64,000 nucleotides of DNA from Eledone cirrhosa (taxonomy: Eukaryota): contig OZ024748.1 in the NCBI GenBank assembly GCA_964016885.1, forward strand, positions 9,486,001 to 9,550,000, read 5' to 3'. Both the position numbers and the translations under genes were made by a program. Below, one piece after another: positions 1-22,344 of the stretch. The notes under the pieces were generated by a model. That model saw nothing but the letters and a program-made list of their open reading frames with translations. It was not told the DNA's origin and ran no database searches. Within the stretch, counting starts at the first letter, position 1, and every line of letters starts with the position of its first letter.

Positions 1-1713
1 AAATATTTTAATATATAAAAACTATAATCAGGTTATTTTCATTTTATAATCCTATTTAACATCATAATATCCAGCAATTTTAAAGGGGTGGAGGTAAGAT
101 TTTTCTCTCTTAAATTGAGCCCTGTCAACATCTGTGGGGTGGGGTAAGATTCCTCTTAATTTGAACCCTGTTGATATCTAAAATGTGCTATTCTTATTGT
201 ACCAAACCAGATACACTGATTTACACATTGAATTGGTGAATTAGGGTGTCAAGACTTGAAAATGTCTTCATTTGATTTAATTAGGATACAATTTAATTTA
301 TTCTATTATTTGGCATATTTATTCATATCTATAATGTTTATCAAGTAAAGTAAGGAGCCTTTTATATTTGCTTAAATCTCTATACTTCCCTATCAATGTG
401 TTTTAAGAAAACTATGAAAATTTTACTTTAAAATTTAACTATTTATATTATTAAATTAAATCTATTTAAGATTATTATTTATTTTTGTTTTTGCCAATAC
501 TATTTTCATAATTCTTTCTTTGAGTAATGAATAAAGAGTTCTTGGCTCTTTATTTCAAACTCGTTAAGATTATCAATAGGAAATATAATGATCATCATTG
601 TATATTCAGACAAACTGCTAGAAATTAAGAACTTCTGACATCACAGCTATGAAATTACAGCAATAGAAGAGTATTTCAAAAGTATGTTACAATTTCTTTC
701 TTTTTATTCTGCCCACACTGCTGATTCTCCAGGTAGCATGTCAAAATAAGTAAATTACTACTTTGAATATTATCATTTCTCAAAAATATCTTTGTTCAAA
801 CCAGTGATTTAGAGAATGTTCTAGTCTCAATTTATCGACAACATAAACAGTTTTCAACAATGTCTCTCCTTCCTCTACATATTTCTGTGGTTTGCATCAT
901 TCCAATAATTGCCCAACATTATCATAAATGCCACAATTACTGTCATTTCATTTTAAAACTTTGAGTTATTGTTTTGTCCACATTACAAAAATTATTTTCT
1001 CTATCTCTATCTCTCTTAATTTATTCTTCTTAATTTATCAAGTTTCCATTATTGTCTCACTAAATATATTTCATTGGTCAATAACCACCAGTGTTAGCTG
1101 TCCACCATCTAGCAGTTGTGGTTATTGTTTTCTCGTTAGTACTCATCTAAAAGTCTACTAATTCTATTTTATCTCAGGAACATTTTTACATACAGAAGAC
1201 TAGTGAAAACATGTGTCACATGTTACAGATAACGCCTCTCATTCTCATATACACCACTTACACAACAGGAGTGCTACTTAGTATAAAGCTAGGACTTATA
1301 AAGCGTTTCACAAATATATTTCTTCTGAAATATTCCATTGGTCCCAACTACTAATTATTCAGCACCAAAGAATATATAAATTGTCTGCTACAGATAGGGT
1401 TGTCTTTGCTCCATAAACTTGAAAAATGAAAATTTAAAAAAGAACAACTGAAAGGTTTACTTTCAAGTATTTAACAATCTATTTTTGAAGCGATACAGAA
1501 AGAATTTTAACATTCCTAATAAGTTTTTTTTCTTCTTTTTTTTTCTTTTTACTTCTTGTTTATTTTTTTTTTGTTTTTGTTTTTTGTTGTTTTTTTTTAT
1601 TTATTTTTTTATTGTGTTCATTACTTGCCTCCTCTGATTACTTGTCCTGCCTGTTTACATTTATTTTTTATTCAAGCTTTCAAAGGATATATATGTAGGT
1701 ATGTATGTGAGTG

Positions 1714-1746
<33 letters not shown>

Positions 1747-2784
1747 ATATATGTGTGTGTATGTGTGTGTGTGTGTAGTTTAATTCATAACTGTGGCAGT
1801 ACCATTTTGCTAATTTAGGTTTTGTTATTATGTATTCATGTCTGTTAAGAAGTTCACAAAGAAAAGTAATAAACCAAACCAAAACTGGGAGTCAGTCTTT
1901 TTCCTTCACTTCATTTCACATCATTTTTTTTTTTTTTCAAATCTTTCAGTGACTTCGTTTATTTTTAATAAATATTCCAATTTTGCAAACTGAATCATTA
2001 TCTCTTCCTATCAAACCATCGTTTGCAGCAAGCACCATCATACCATTGTGGTTGATAGGACAGCCATCTACTTGAATGAAAGTTACATGTTAAACATTTT
2101 TTTTTTTTTTCAAAAACATTCTATACCGTTAATAAATAGTAAATAAATGAATTTAAATATTTTTCACTTTTTTTTTCTTTCTTTTCATTGATTTCTTCCT
2201 ATCATTGAGACTGTGACATAGATGACTAACTGGTCACACAGCAACATAGACAGGTAATTGGACACACAGCGGCATAGACAGGTAATTGAACATACTAGCT
2301 GAACTAACAACCTCAAATGTAGCCTGCACCACAACATAGATTGGCAAGAAGCAGATAACTGCATTTCATTGTAGTTTATGCCTGAAGCAAATATTGGAAG
2401 ATTTCTTATAAGAATTTACTAACAGGAATAGCAATATTCTGCAAATAGTGTCTTTGAAACATGACGGAAAACCTTTTCAATATATGATATGCAACAGTTT
2501 TAAATTCCTGTAAACCATTTGGGCATAGATTTCATAAAAAACTGGATACTGATCATTGAGACTGAGGAAGGATCCTAAATGGGTTATCAGGATGTACATG
2601 ACAGTTATACAGATGTCTGGAGAATATACACCAAGGATTTCTAATACCATTGCTATATTTTGGCAATCTTCTTCTCAAATTCTTAACAATACTGTCTGAA
2701 AAGTTTGCAGAGGAAGCCTCCACATACTTACTCAACCTCCTAGGCACCTCCTCCCAACGTACTCAATATAAAGGTGATCATGTT

Positions 2785-3075
2785 GGTGAGTTGACATGAC
2801 AAAAAATGCACCAAACCCACCCTGTAAGATGTGTGCGCTGATGACATGACAAAAAACAACCAGTCCACCGTGTAAGTGGTTGTGCTGGTGATACAATAAA
2901 AACCATCCACCCTGTTAGGGGGTCATTTTGGTGCCACGATAAAAAAAATGTTAGGTAGGGGATCCTGCCGTAGAAACTAAACCTAAGTACAAATCCATGT
3001 GAGCAAGCCATGTGTCATAATGTGACAACCCATCAAATCCATGCAAGCGTGGAAAATGGACATTAAAAGATGTTA
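2785..3075 (+). mobile_element. Older RTE-type 3' tail with 3-4 degenerate ~50-bp subrepeats
   Basis: aaaaa...ccaccctgtaa units, then gttagg...gccgtagaaa and ccatgcaagcgtggaaaatggac. Confidence 0.55.
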
Positions 3076-3494
3076 GATAATATAAAGGGAGGTAACTACA
3101 AAAAAAGAGAAGGGAGTGAACTTGTGTTGTCAAAGTAGCTCAAGACTTAAGTTGAAAAGTCGAAGAAAATAAATTCAGAAGGAATTTTGCTTCATGAGGA
3201 CAGGGATTAAAGTAGTTGGGGCTAGTATTTAAGCAGTATTTCTCTGAAGTGCCCTTACCCTTGAATATTCATACCAAATATATAACATCATATGCAAAAG
3301 GTTCTCTCTCTTCTTCCCTGACCTAACATATATGAAATGTATATACACTAAACACATCTAATTGATAATTTGATACAATCATATTCTTTACATATATAAT
3401 TATCCATTTGGAATTCTATAATGGACAAGTAACGTTGTCAGGAACAGATAACTCTATTTCCTTCACTTTCATTACATAGGCGCTGTAAATATAT

Positions 3495-3886
3495 ATTCAT
3501 TTCATTTTACGTCAACTTTTTCCCTGCTTGCAAGGGTGGGACGGGAACTGATTCTGGCTTGATTTCTACAGCCGAATACCCTTCCTAATACCAACCTCAT
3601 TTACAGTGAGTGCTGGGTGCTTTTTTGCCGTGGCAGCTCCACGACCACTTTGCATTCTAGAGCTGAGTAAACTGGAGCAATGTGAAATAAAGTGTCTTGC
3701 TCAAGAAAACAACACATCATCCGGTCTGAGAATTGAAATCGCAACCTTTCAATTGCAAGGCCAATGCTCTAACCACTAAGCTGAGATGATAGGGACTAGG
3801 GTCCATATCATTCCACTGCAAAGTGGTCGTGGAGGTGCCACGGCAAAAAAGCACCAACCCAGCACTCACTGTAAATGAGGTTGGTT
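3495..3886. mobile_element. Rearranged copy of the same SINE: minus-strand copy 3495-3780 abutting a plus-strand tail fragment 3781-3886
   Basis: High similarity to 6287-6660 in both orientations. Confidence 0.75.
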
Positions 3887-4234
3887 AAAAATATAAGCTT
3901 TGTGTATAACGATCAAACAAGGAAATATCACGTTATCAACAGGTATTTCGTTCTGTACCAAATAAGTGAATGACATGGTGGTAAGTTAAACCACGTGTGG
4001 AAATCACAAGGGGAATAACCCCAGATTTTGGCAAAGTAATTCAGTTGGTGTAGATCATGCAAAAAATAGCATAAATAGCACAAATCGAATAAGTTCTCAA
4101 CCGAATAGTTTAAGATAAACTTATACAATTAGCCTGTCAATAGAAATTATTAACAAGTTAATTGTAAGACACAGAAGATTAATATAAATAAAGATTCAGC
4201 TAGAATCGCATTTTCGGCGGGCAGGAAAAGTGAA

Positions 4235-4270
<36 letters not shown>

Positions 4271-4378
4271 AAGGTTAAACAAGGTTCAATGAATAAATCA
4301 AAGAATGAGTTTTACAATAGATTGGAAGCACTCAACAGTCATTGTTTTCCGGGGTCATTAATATTAATTCAGAATAAA

Positions 4379-4565
4379 GGGCGGTAGATTGGCAGTATCG
4401 GTAGAGGTCGGACGCCATGCTTTCCAGCATAGTTACGTCCCTTTACGATCTGAGTTCAAATCCCGCCGAGGTTGACTTTGCCTTTCATCCTTACGGGGTC
4501 GATAAAATAAAGTACCAGTAATGCATTGGGTAATTGCTGGCCTTGTGCCTAAAGTAGAAACAATT
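4379..4565 (+). mobile_element. tRNA-derived SINE family 2 (Nin/Deu-like core) with a 20-bp target-site duplication
   Basis: A box TGGCAGTATCGG, B box GAGTTCAAATCC, GCCTTTCATCCTTACGGGGTCGATAAAA core; TSD attaatattaattcagaata at 4357-4376 and 4563-4582. Confidence 0.85.
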
Positions 4566-4615
4566 AATATTAATTCAGAATATTAACAAAAATAGACATT
4601 TGTGTGATCAAGTAT

Positions 4616-4680
4616 ATTTTATTATACATATTTCAGAAGTACTGAGCTATCCTCAACAGTACGTCCTCATCAGATAAAAT
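4616..4680 (-). ncRNA. Minimal type I hammerhead ribozyme motif
   Basis: ATTTTAT-CTGATGA-stem II (GTACTG/CAGTAC)-GAAA-TATGT-ATA^-ATAAAAT. Confidence 0.7.
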
Positions 4681-4733
4681 AAGATGATGCATGACATACC
4701 TTGACTTATGGTGTATATTTGGTTAAGAGGTGC

Positions 4734-5533
4734 CTATTGACTGTAGGTTTCGCTCTGTATTACTGTGTAGCGCCAAAGGTCTCGGTCCAGTGACATTGTC
4801 TTAGAGAGATGTAAGTGTGTGAGGTCGGAATTTATCAGATCATCCCAGGTTTTTCTGGGTCTACCTACTCCGTAACTACCATCAATTTTGATCACCCTGC
4901 ACTTTTTTATGCAGCTGTCGTCTTTCATGCACATCACGTGACCATACCAACGTAGTCTTCTCTCAAGTAAACAACATCTGATTCCTCTTATTCCTAATTT
5001 CTCATTTAGTTCATTTATGCTTTGCCGTTCACATATATTACTATTACACATCCAACAGAGCATGCATGCTTCATTCCTTTCCAGTCTACGCAGGTCCTCT
5101 GCACGTAATGCCCATGTCTCACTGCCATGTAGCATTGCTGTTCGTATACAGGCATCATACAATCTGCTTTCATTTTTAGAGAGAAACCTTTTGTGTCCAA
5201 CAGCGGTATAAGCTCTGTGAACTTTTTCCATCCCGTTCTGACTCTGGCTACTGTACTTTCAGAACACCCTCTACCACTGCTGATTTCGTCACCCAGGTAA
5301 CGGAAAGTGTCTACTATTTCTATAGAGCCATCTGGGCAATGGAAGGAGCTAGTATCCTTTGGACACTTGCTACTTATTGCACCTGAGCATTGGCCACATA
5401 TAAAGTCTACGTTCTTAGATAGTTTACCTGTGATCCCATTACATCTTTTATGTACCCATACTTTGCATTTGGGACATAAAATGGAATTTCTGCCTACTCC
5501 TTTCCTATACAATGAGCATGACCATTTGCCTGA
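4734..5533 (-). pseudogene. Frameshifted 3' fragment of a related RTE LINE
   Basis: ORFs 5015..5512 and 4734..5231 match the PHD finger and C-terminus of the 1039-aa ORF. Confidence 0.9.
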
Positions 5534-5626
5534 ATAAATATATCTTAACGGTTCAAGTTTTTCCAGAAAAACTTAACTGTTAAGATCTCCTTACTGGATA
5601 TGTCAATATTTATAAAACAAACTTTG

Positions 5627-5687
5627 TATTTTATCTGATGAGAGCGTACCAAAGTTTTGGTACCCTTGAAATATAAATAATAGAATA
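5627..5687 (+). ncRNA. Minimal type I hammerhead ribozyme motif (Penelope pLTR family shared with 32388)
   Basis: TATTTTAT-CTGATGA-(GTACCAAA/TTTGGTAC)-GAAA-TATAA-ATA^-ATAGAATA. Confidence 0.7.
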
Positions 5688-6286
5688 AATATGGTTTTAT
5701 AAATATAGCTTCCATTGATATTATACTCCAGAAAACCTGTCAAGTGCTTCAAATCAGTTATAAATATATATATTTGTTGAATTACCAACAAATTAAATAT
5801 CCCTTTTGCTTATATATAAATATATATATATAGGAAAATGTTTAACCCCAACGGCAGAGCTCTAGCCATTTCGACTCTTTTTTCTGCGTCCAGAAATAGC
5901 CGTCGAAACAGCTTGAACTCTGCTGTCAGGGTTAAACATTTTTCTATTACCCAATCTAGTACCCTAAGTATTGAGTACTCTGGTGCTTTTTGGTCTATCT
6001 GGTTCCTTACCACACTTCTTTCGTTATATATATATATAAGGAAAAAAGATGAAATCGAAAATGCAACTGGAGTCTTATTTTTAAAAATATATATATATTT
6101 ATTTGGTTCCTTTACCGGTTTCGCAGTTCTTCTGTTTTTCAAAAGTAGAGTTGAGATGGAGGGTCTGTGGTTTTTCTCACAGATATATATATTTTCTCAC
6201 ATATATATATATATTTATAAATATATGAATATATATATATATGAATATATATATGAATATATAAATATATATATATAAATATATAA

Positions 6287-6660
6287 ATCATCATCATCAT
6301 CATTTTTACGTCCGCTTTTCCCTGCTTGCAAGGGTAGGACGGGAACTGATTCTGGCTTGATTTCTACAGCTGGATGCCCTTCCTAACACCAACCTCATTT
6401 ACAGTGAGTGCTGGGTGCTTTTTCTCCATGGCGCCTTCCAGTCCACTTTACAGTGTGGGCTGGGTGCTTTTTTGCTGTGGCACCTCCACAACCACTTTGC
6501 AGTGGGGTCCCTATCATCTCATTTCTACAGCTGAGTAAACTGGAGCAATGTGAAATAAAGTGTCTTGCTCAAGGAAACAACACATCACCCGGTCTGAGAA
6601 TTGAACTCACAACCTTTCGATTGCAAGGCCAATGCTCTAACCACTAAGCCATGTGCCTCC
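6287..6660 (-). mobile_element. tRNA-derived SINE with CORE-like middle and RTE-derived 3' tail
   Basis: A box TGGCTTAGTGG, B box GAGTTCAATTC, CCTTGAGCAAGACACTT segment, then sequence matching the LINE 3'UTR at 21555-21710 and a (GAT)n tail. Confidence 0.85.
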
Positions 6661-6855
6661 ATATATAAATATATATATATATATATGCAAAACCCAGCAA
6701 GAAATCTGTAAAAATTGAAGTGTTATTATAAAGTTAATAAACTGTTGACTTTGAAACTTGTGAGAAGATTAGTTACAAATGTTAACTAAACTAATAAAAG
6801 AACACAACGAGGGAGTTGTTGAAGAACAATAAACTACGAAATATTTCTTTCACAT

Positions 6856-6865
6856 TTTATTTATT
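6856..6865 (-). terminator. Polyadenylation signal of paralog A (overlapping AATAAA)
   Basis: About 70 nt after the stop; conserved in paralog B. Confidence 0.7.
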
Positions 6866-6935
6866 TAAACATTAATATAAAACATTTAGTAGAATTTCCC
6901 TGGATGAGATAGAGGCATCTACTATGAATGTCCAG

Positions 6936-17044
<10,109 letters not shown>

Positions 17045-17137
17045 GGTTGAGAAGATTTCTGAAATTTTATTAAAAAAGAGAAATTTTCAAAATTGAGGAA
17101 TTTTTCTTAAATATATTTTCTGGTAATTACTGAATAG

Positions 17138-17176
<39 letters not shown>

Positions 17177-17286
17177 AACAAAAGATGGTTAAAAGAGTTC
17201 CATGTATTTTATTATGCGCATTTCAAAAACAAATATTATGCGCATTTCAAAAACAAGTGTTTTTTAATCTTCATATCATGTCTTCC

Positions 17287-17357
17287 TGTTTTATCTGATG
17301 AAAACACAAATATTATTGCATGATGATATTTGTTTTTGAAATGCGCATAATAAAATA
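17287..17357 (+). ncRNA. Minimal hammerhead motif (second copy at 35368-35438)
   Basis: TGTTTTAT-CTGATGA-(ACAAATATTAT/ATGATATTTGT)-GAAA-TGCGC-ATA^-ATAAAATA; palindrome ATGCGCAT. Confidence 0.75.
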
Positions 17358-17483
17358 CATGGAACTCTTTTAACCATCTTTTGTTCTTATATATTATGTA
17401 TACTCCAGTCCTACAAACTGTAGAGTGCTTCTTATCCAATATCTGCATTGCTTTATTGTACTACAATAAAACTCACCTCCTAC

Positions 17484-17529
<46 letters not shown>

Positions 17530-17689
17530 TGTCTCGAGCTATCTGCCGATTAAACAATTGCAACACACAATAAACTGAGTCCAGATGCATCACTGATTTT
17601 TCGTTTTATATTATATAACACTCTGCTCTGTAAGAACATAGAGTGCTCAACTGGCATACCGCCTATGGAAGCATCATAGCTACCATTAA

Positions 17690-17730
<41 letters not shown>

Positions 17731-20700
17731 ATACCATGCGGTATTCTAATCCTATTGTATCTCTCTCAGTTATTTACCATGCGACCCTCAGTTCCTACCC
17801 CCCCCCCCCCCCTCTATGCACTTCTTTAAGGCTTACTACCCTGTCTTTAACCTAATTCATTCAATCTGAAAATATTGAAGAGATAAGACACTTTGCCATT
17901 CTTCTCTGCTAAAATGTACCACTGAGCTGATTCAAATTTTCCCAGCCAGCCATCCACCTAATCTACGAAGGTATTTTAGCCTACATATTGTCGTTAATAT
18001 TATGATGTTCCCTGCTGTATTAGCGTTAAATTTTCCCTGCTGTATTAGCGATAAATTTTCGAGGGTTTCTCTTAGTAGCTTTTTTCATGACGTTATTATT
18101 GTTAATTTTACTGATGTAGTATTAACTTGGATATTTACCATGCGACCCTCAGTTCCTACCTCACAATTTCCCTCCCCCCCACCCCCACACACCACCATAG
18201 TCTATTCGACCAATCAAACCTAGCATGCCATTTCCACTGCTGCTGCTGCTACTACCTGCCTAACTAACTCTCTCCTCCTCTGGCGCATCCCAACACACCC
18301 TGCCATTACCCCACCACCACTGTCCTTCTAGCCCTCAATTTTCCCACCGTTAGGGATGGATGAGCTGGGAATACACGAGCAACTCTGAATCAATAGATGA
18401 AATATGAATCTGCGAGCTACCAAGCACCCACGTGAAGCGCCAACCCAGAGACCCTCCCCTACGAGTGTCGACAAATGCCCAAAACTCCGAGTTGGTACCA
18501 TCAATGTAGGCTCAATGAAAGGAAGAGCAGGAGAAATCGTAGAAATGCTAGAGCGAAAGGAAGTTGATGTATGCTGTGTGCAAGAGACTAGATGGAGAGG
18601 AGGGTCTGCTAGAGTCCTTGTAGGAAAAAGCCAGTGCTACAAATTTTTCTGGGTGGGAAATGACGATGGGATGGGTGGTGTAGGTATACTATTAGCTGAC
18701 AAGTGGGTAGATAAAGTAATCTCAGTGTACAGGGTAAATGCAAGAATCATTAAACTCAGACTAGTCCTGAATAAGACAATTACCACAATAATATCAGCTT
18801 ACGCACCCCAATCGGGGCTGCCAGACGAACTTAAGGATAGGTTTTACGAGTCCCTAATACACACTACTGCTCTAACAGACGACAAGGACTTCCTAATCAT
18901 TGCAGGAGATTTTAACGGACACGTAGGTAAACACTGCGACGGCTTCAATAGAGTACATGGAGGCCATGGAGTTGGCACAAGGAATGAGGAAGGATTCAGA
19001 CTTCTAGAATTCTGCGACGCCAATGACATGTCGATATGTAACACAAACTTTAAAAAACCCGACAACCACCTGATCACCTATAGATCAGGGGAGCACTCTA
19101 GTCAGTTAGATTTTATCCTCATCAGAGGACGTGACAGATGGACGGTCGTAAACACAAAAGCCTTCCCTAGTGAGGAATGTACATCCCAACATAGCTTAGT
19201 TGTCAGCGACCTCACGGTCAGAACTAGACGAGCCCTGAAACAGAGGCCAACCTGGAGAAGAAAGATCTGGAAGCTGAAAGTCCCCTCAACCAGTAACAGA
19301 TTTAAAGATATTTTACTCAACGCCTACGACAGTAAAGAAGAACAGATAGAGACATTTAACGTAGAAGAGAACTGGGAGTTCCTAAAAAATAACTTACTAG
19401 AGGCGACGGATGAGGTTTGTGGCTGGAGTAAGACCTCAAGCAGGAGGAGAGTGACTTGGTGGTGGAACAATAAGGTAGATGAAGCAGTCAAGGCCAAGAG
19501 ACAGGCATGGAAAGAATGGAAGAACGGGGGGAGCAGGGTACATTACATAGAGACCAAGAGGGAAGCTAGGCGACAAGTATACTTAGCTAGGAGGGAAGCA
19601 GAGGATAGAAAATTCAAGCATGTTTTACAACGTGAGGACCAGAAACAGGAGGTATTCAAGATTGCGAGGCAGTGTGTCAGAGATAGTTGTGATGTCATTG
19701 GAGAGAAGTGTATCCGGAATGATAAAGGTGAGCTTGCCCTCACAAGTGCTGAGAAGAAAGATGCATGGAAGAGTCATTATGATAGATTACTAAATGAGGA
19801 GAATGCATGGGAAGAAGAGACCCTACCCCACGTAGACCCTATAGAGGGACCAGCAGTACAAGTCAGCGGCAGCGTAGTAAGTAAGGCAATCAGAGATATG
19901 AAGATAGGGAAGGCAACCGGTCCATCGGGTATAGCTGCCGAGATGCTGAAGGCATCTGGGTCTGTAGGTCACACTATAACCACACGTATCGTTAACCAGG
20001 TAATACTAGAGGGGGCCATACCAAAAGATTGGTGCAGTAGCATCATTGTCAACTGCTACAAAGGTAAAGGCGATGCACTAGATAGAGGAAACTATAGAGG
20101 TATAAAGTTGATGGACCAGGTCATGAAAGTAACAGAAAGAGTTATAGCACAGCTGATTAGGGACCGGGTGAATATAGACGAGATGCAATTTGGGTTTGTT
20201 CCAGGGAAAGGCACCACTGATGCGCTCTTCCTTGTGAGGCAATTACAGGAAAAGTACCTAGCTAAAAGTAAGCCACTCTACTTGGCATTTGTCGACCTTG
20301 AGAAAGCCTTTGACAGAGTTCCACGTGCAGTAATCTGGTGGGCTCTTAGAAAACTAGGAGTAGATGAATGGCTTGTGAAAGCGGTACAAGCCATGTATAG
20401 GGGAGCAGTCAGCAAAGTTAGGATTGGCAATGAGTATAGCGAGGAATTTAGCGTACAGGTTGGGGTCCACCAGGGCTCTGTTCTTAGCCCTCTCCTGTTC
20501 ATCATAGTCCTGCAGGCAATAACGGAGGAGTTTAAGACCGGATGCCCATGGGAACTCCTGTATGCTGATGACCTCGCACTCATAGCTGAATCTATGGTAG
20601 AACTAGAGAATAAATTCCAAACCTGGAAGCAGGGACTAGAGAGAAAGGGCCTCAAAGTCAACATGACAAAGACTAAGGTCCTTATAAGTAGACGAGAAAA

Positions 20701-21825
20701 CAGAACCCAGATCCCCTCAGGGAAATGGCCTTGCTCAGTATGTAGGAAAGGTGTAGGTAGGAACTCCATTCTTTGCCCCAAATGCAAACAATGGGTACAC
20801 AAGAGATGTAGCGGGATCTCAGGAAGCTTAATTAAGAATGTAGGATTCACATGCAGCAGCTGTGCTGAAACAGCAAGCAAACAGCCACAGGAAACAAGTA
20901 CCACCAATCTCTGGGAGGGCCCTGTAGAAACAGTAGACAGCTTCTGCTACCTAGGTGACCGAATTAGCAACGGAGGTGGGTGCTCAGAAAGTACAATAAC
21001 TAGGGTAAGAACGGGATGGAAGAAGTTTAGGGAACTACTACCACTGCTAGCTGCAAAAGGCTTCTCCCTCAGAATGAAAGGCAGACTGTATGATGCGTGT
21101 ATCCGAACAGCGATGTTGCATGGTAGTGAGACCTGGGCGCTGAAGGTGGAAGACTTACGTAGATTAGAGAGAAACGAAGCCTGCATGCTCCGATGGATGT
21201 GTAACAGTAATATACGTGAACGACAAAGCATAAATGAATTGAGAGAGAGACTGAGCATAAGAGGAATCAAATGCTGCGTGCAGGAGAGGCGGTTACGCTG
21301 GTATGGACATGTGATGCGTATGAAGGATGACAGCTGCATAAAAAGGTGCAGAGCACTAGAAGTTGATGGAAACCGCGGAGTGGGGAGACCCAAGATGACT
21401 TGGGATGAGGTGATAAAAGCCGACCTTACCCAACTACACCTCTCAAAGTCAATGACACACGACCGTGACTTCTGGCGTCACGCAGTAATACAGGGTACCC
21501 GACCTCCCATGGGTACATGCTGAAGCATATAAACAATATGCCCCCCCCCCCCACCGCAAGGTGGTCGTGGAGGTGCCACGGCAAAAAAGCACCCAGCCCA
21601 CACTGTAAAGTGGACGTGTAGGCGCCACGAAAAAGCACCCAGCACTCACTGTAAATGAGGTTGGTGTTAGGAAGGGCATCCAGCTGTAGAAATCAAGCCA
21701 GATCAGTTCCTGTATGAGCAAGGCATGGTCAGCCGACCAGACACTGCCCACAACAGGACAACCCGTCTAACCCATGCTAGCGTGGAAGAACGGACGTAAA
21801 ACGGTGATGATGATGATGATGATGA

Positions 21826-21830
<5 letters not shown>
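17731..21830 (+). mobile_element. Apparently full-length RTE-clade LINE (5' boundary approximate), antisense in intron 1 of paralog A
   Basis: Single long ORF, 3'UTR ending in a (GAT)n tail at about 21805-21830, flanked by (TA)n on both sides. Confidence 0.9.
18404..21523 (+). CDS. RTE LINE ORF: AP endonuclease + reverse transcriptase + PHD-type zinc finger, 1039 aa, uninterrupted
   Basis: APE motifs VQETRW, SAYAPQ, GDFNGHVG, LDFIL, SQHSLV; RT motifs NYRGIKL, FVDLEKAFDRV, GVHQGSVLSP, LLYADD; C-terminal RLRWYGHV and GRPK. Confidence 0.95.
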   Translation: MNLRATKHPREAPTQRPSPTSVDKCPKLRVGTINVGSMKGRAGEIVEMLERKEVDVCCVQETRWRGGSARVLVGKSQCYKFFWVGNDDGMGGVGILLADKWVDKVISVYRVNARIIKLRLVLNKTITTIISAYAPQSGLPDELKDRFYESLIHTTALTDDKDFLIIAGDFNGHVGKHCDGFNRVHGGHGVGTRNEEGFRLLEFCDANDMSICNTNFKKPDNHLITYRSGEHSSQLDFILIRGRDRWTVVNTKAFPSEECTSQHSLVVSDLTVRTRRALKQRPTWRRKIWKLKVPSTSNRFKDILLNAYDSKEEQIETFNVEENWEFLKNNLLEATDEVCGWSKTSSRRRVTWWWNNKVDEAVKAKRQAWKEWKNGGSRVHYIETKREARRQVYLARREAEDRKFKHVLQREDQKQEVFKIARQCVRDSCDVIGEKCIRNDKGELALTSAEKKDAWKSHYDRLLNEENAWEEETLPHVDPIEGPAVQVSGSVVSKAIRDMKIGKATGPSGIAAEMLKASGSVGHTITTRIVNQVILEGAIPKDWCSSIIVNCYKGKGDALDRGNYRGIKLMDQVMKVTERVIAQLIRDRVNIDEMQFGFVPGKGTTDALFLVRQLQEKYLAKSKPLYLAFVDLEKAFDRVPRAVIWWALRKLGVDEWLVKAVQAMYRGAVSKVRIGNEYSEEFSVQVGVHQGSVLSPLLFIIVLQAITEEFKTGCPWELLYADDLALIAESMVELENKFQTWKQGLERKGLKVNMTKTKVLISRRENRTQIPSGKWPCSVCRKGVGRNSILCPKCKQWVHKRCSGISGSLIKNVGFTCSSCAETASKQPQETSTTNLWEGPVETVDSFCYLGDRISNGGGCSESTITRVRTGWKKFRELLPLLAAKGFSLRMKGRLYDACIRTAMLHGSETWALKVEDLRRLERNEACMLRWMCNSNIRERQSINELRERLSIRGIKCCVQERRLRWYGHVMRMKDDSCIKRCRALEVDGNRGVGRPKMTWDEVIKADLTQLHLSKSMTHDRDFWRHAVIQGTRPPMGTC

Positions 21831-21859
<29 letters not shown>

Positions 21860-22344
21860 TACCAGGAAAAACAGGAAACAGTAGTCAGAGGGAGAAATTT
21901 ATTCAATCTTTAACATATGTTTCTCTACAATTACATAACCATCTACATTTACTGACTGCATTATACAATACTCAATCATATGCATTACATTTTAATTATT
22001 GCACTTCATCAGAAAGAAGTTAATACGGAGTAAGAAAACAATTTGTTATACTCTGAGATGTAGATACCATATTTCTGCAATAAACATTACTTACTGCTGA
22101 CTAAGCTAAATTACACAAACATTGGTATAGAGAGAAATTCAGAATCAAAATATGATTTACAAATAACAGAAATAATAAACAAAAAAATAATAATACAATA
22201 ATGTTGCTGATTAACTAAGACATATTTATATATAATACAGGAAGTTATCGGATAGTACCGCTGATCTTCAAACACTTTCCCACCCACTCGATATTTTAAT
22301 TAAGCTAATATCCTTAAAATGCCAACTCAATATAATAATAATAA

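Noticed and set aside
2400-2760. Short ORFs on the minus strand
   Set aside because: No recognisable domain or splice structure.
6575-6660. tRNA gene candidates (also 4379-4465, 63520-63585 and 63850-63925)
   Set aside because: A/B boxes are present or partial, but there is no convincing cloverleaf; these are SINE heads or degenerate copies.
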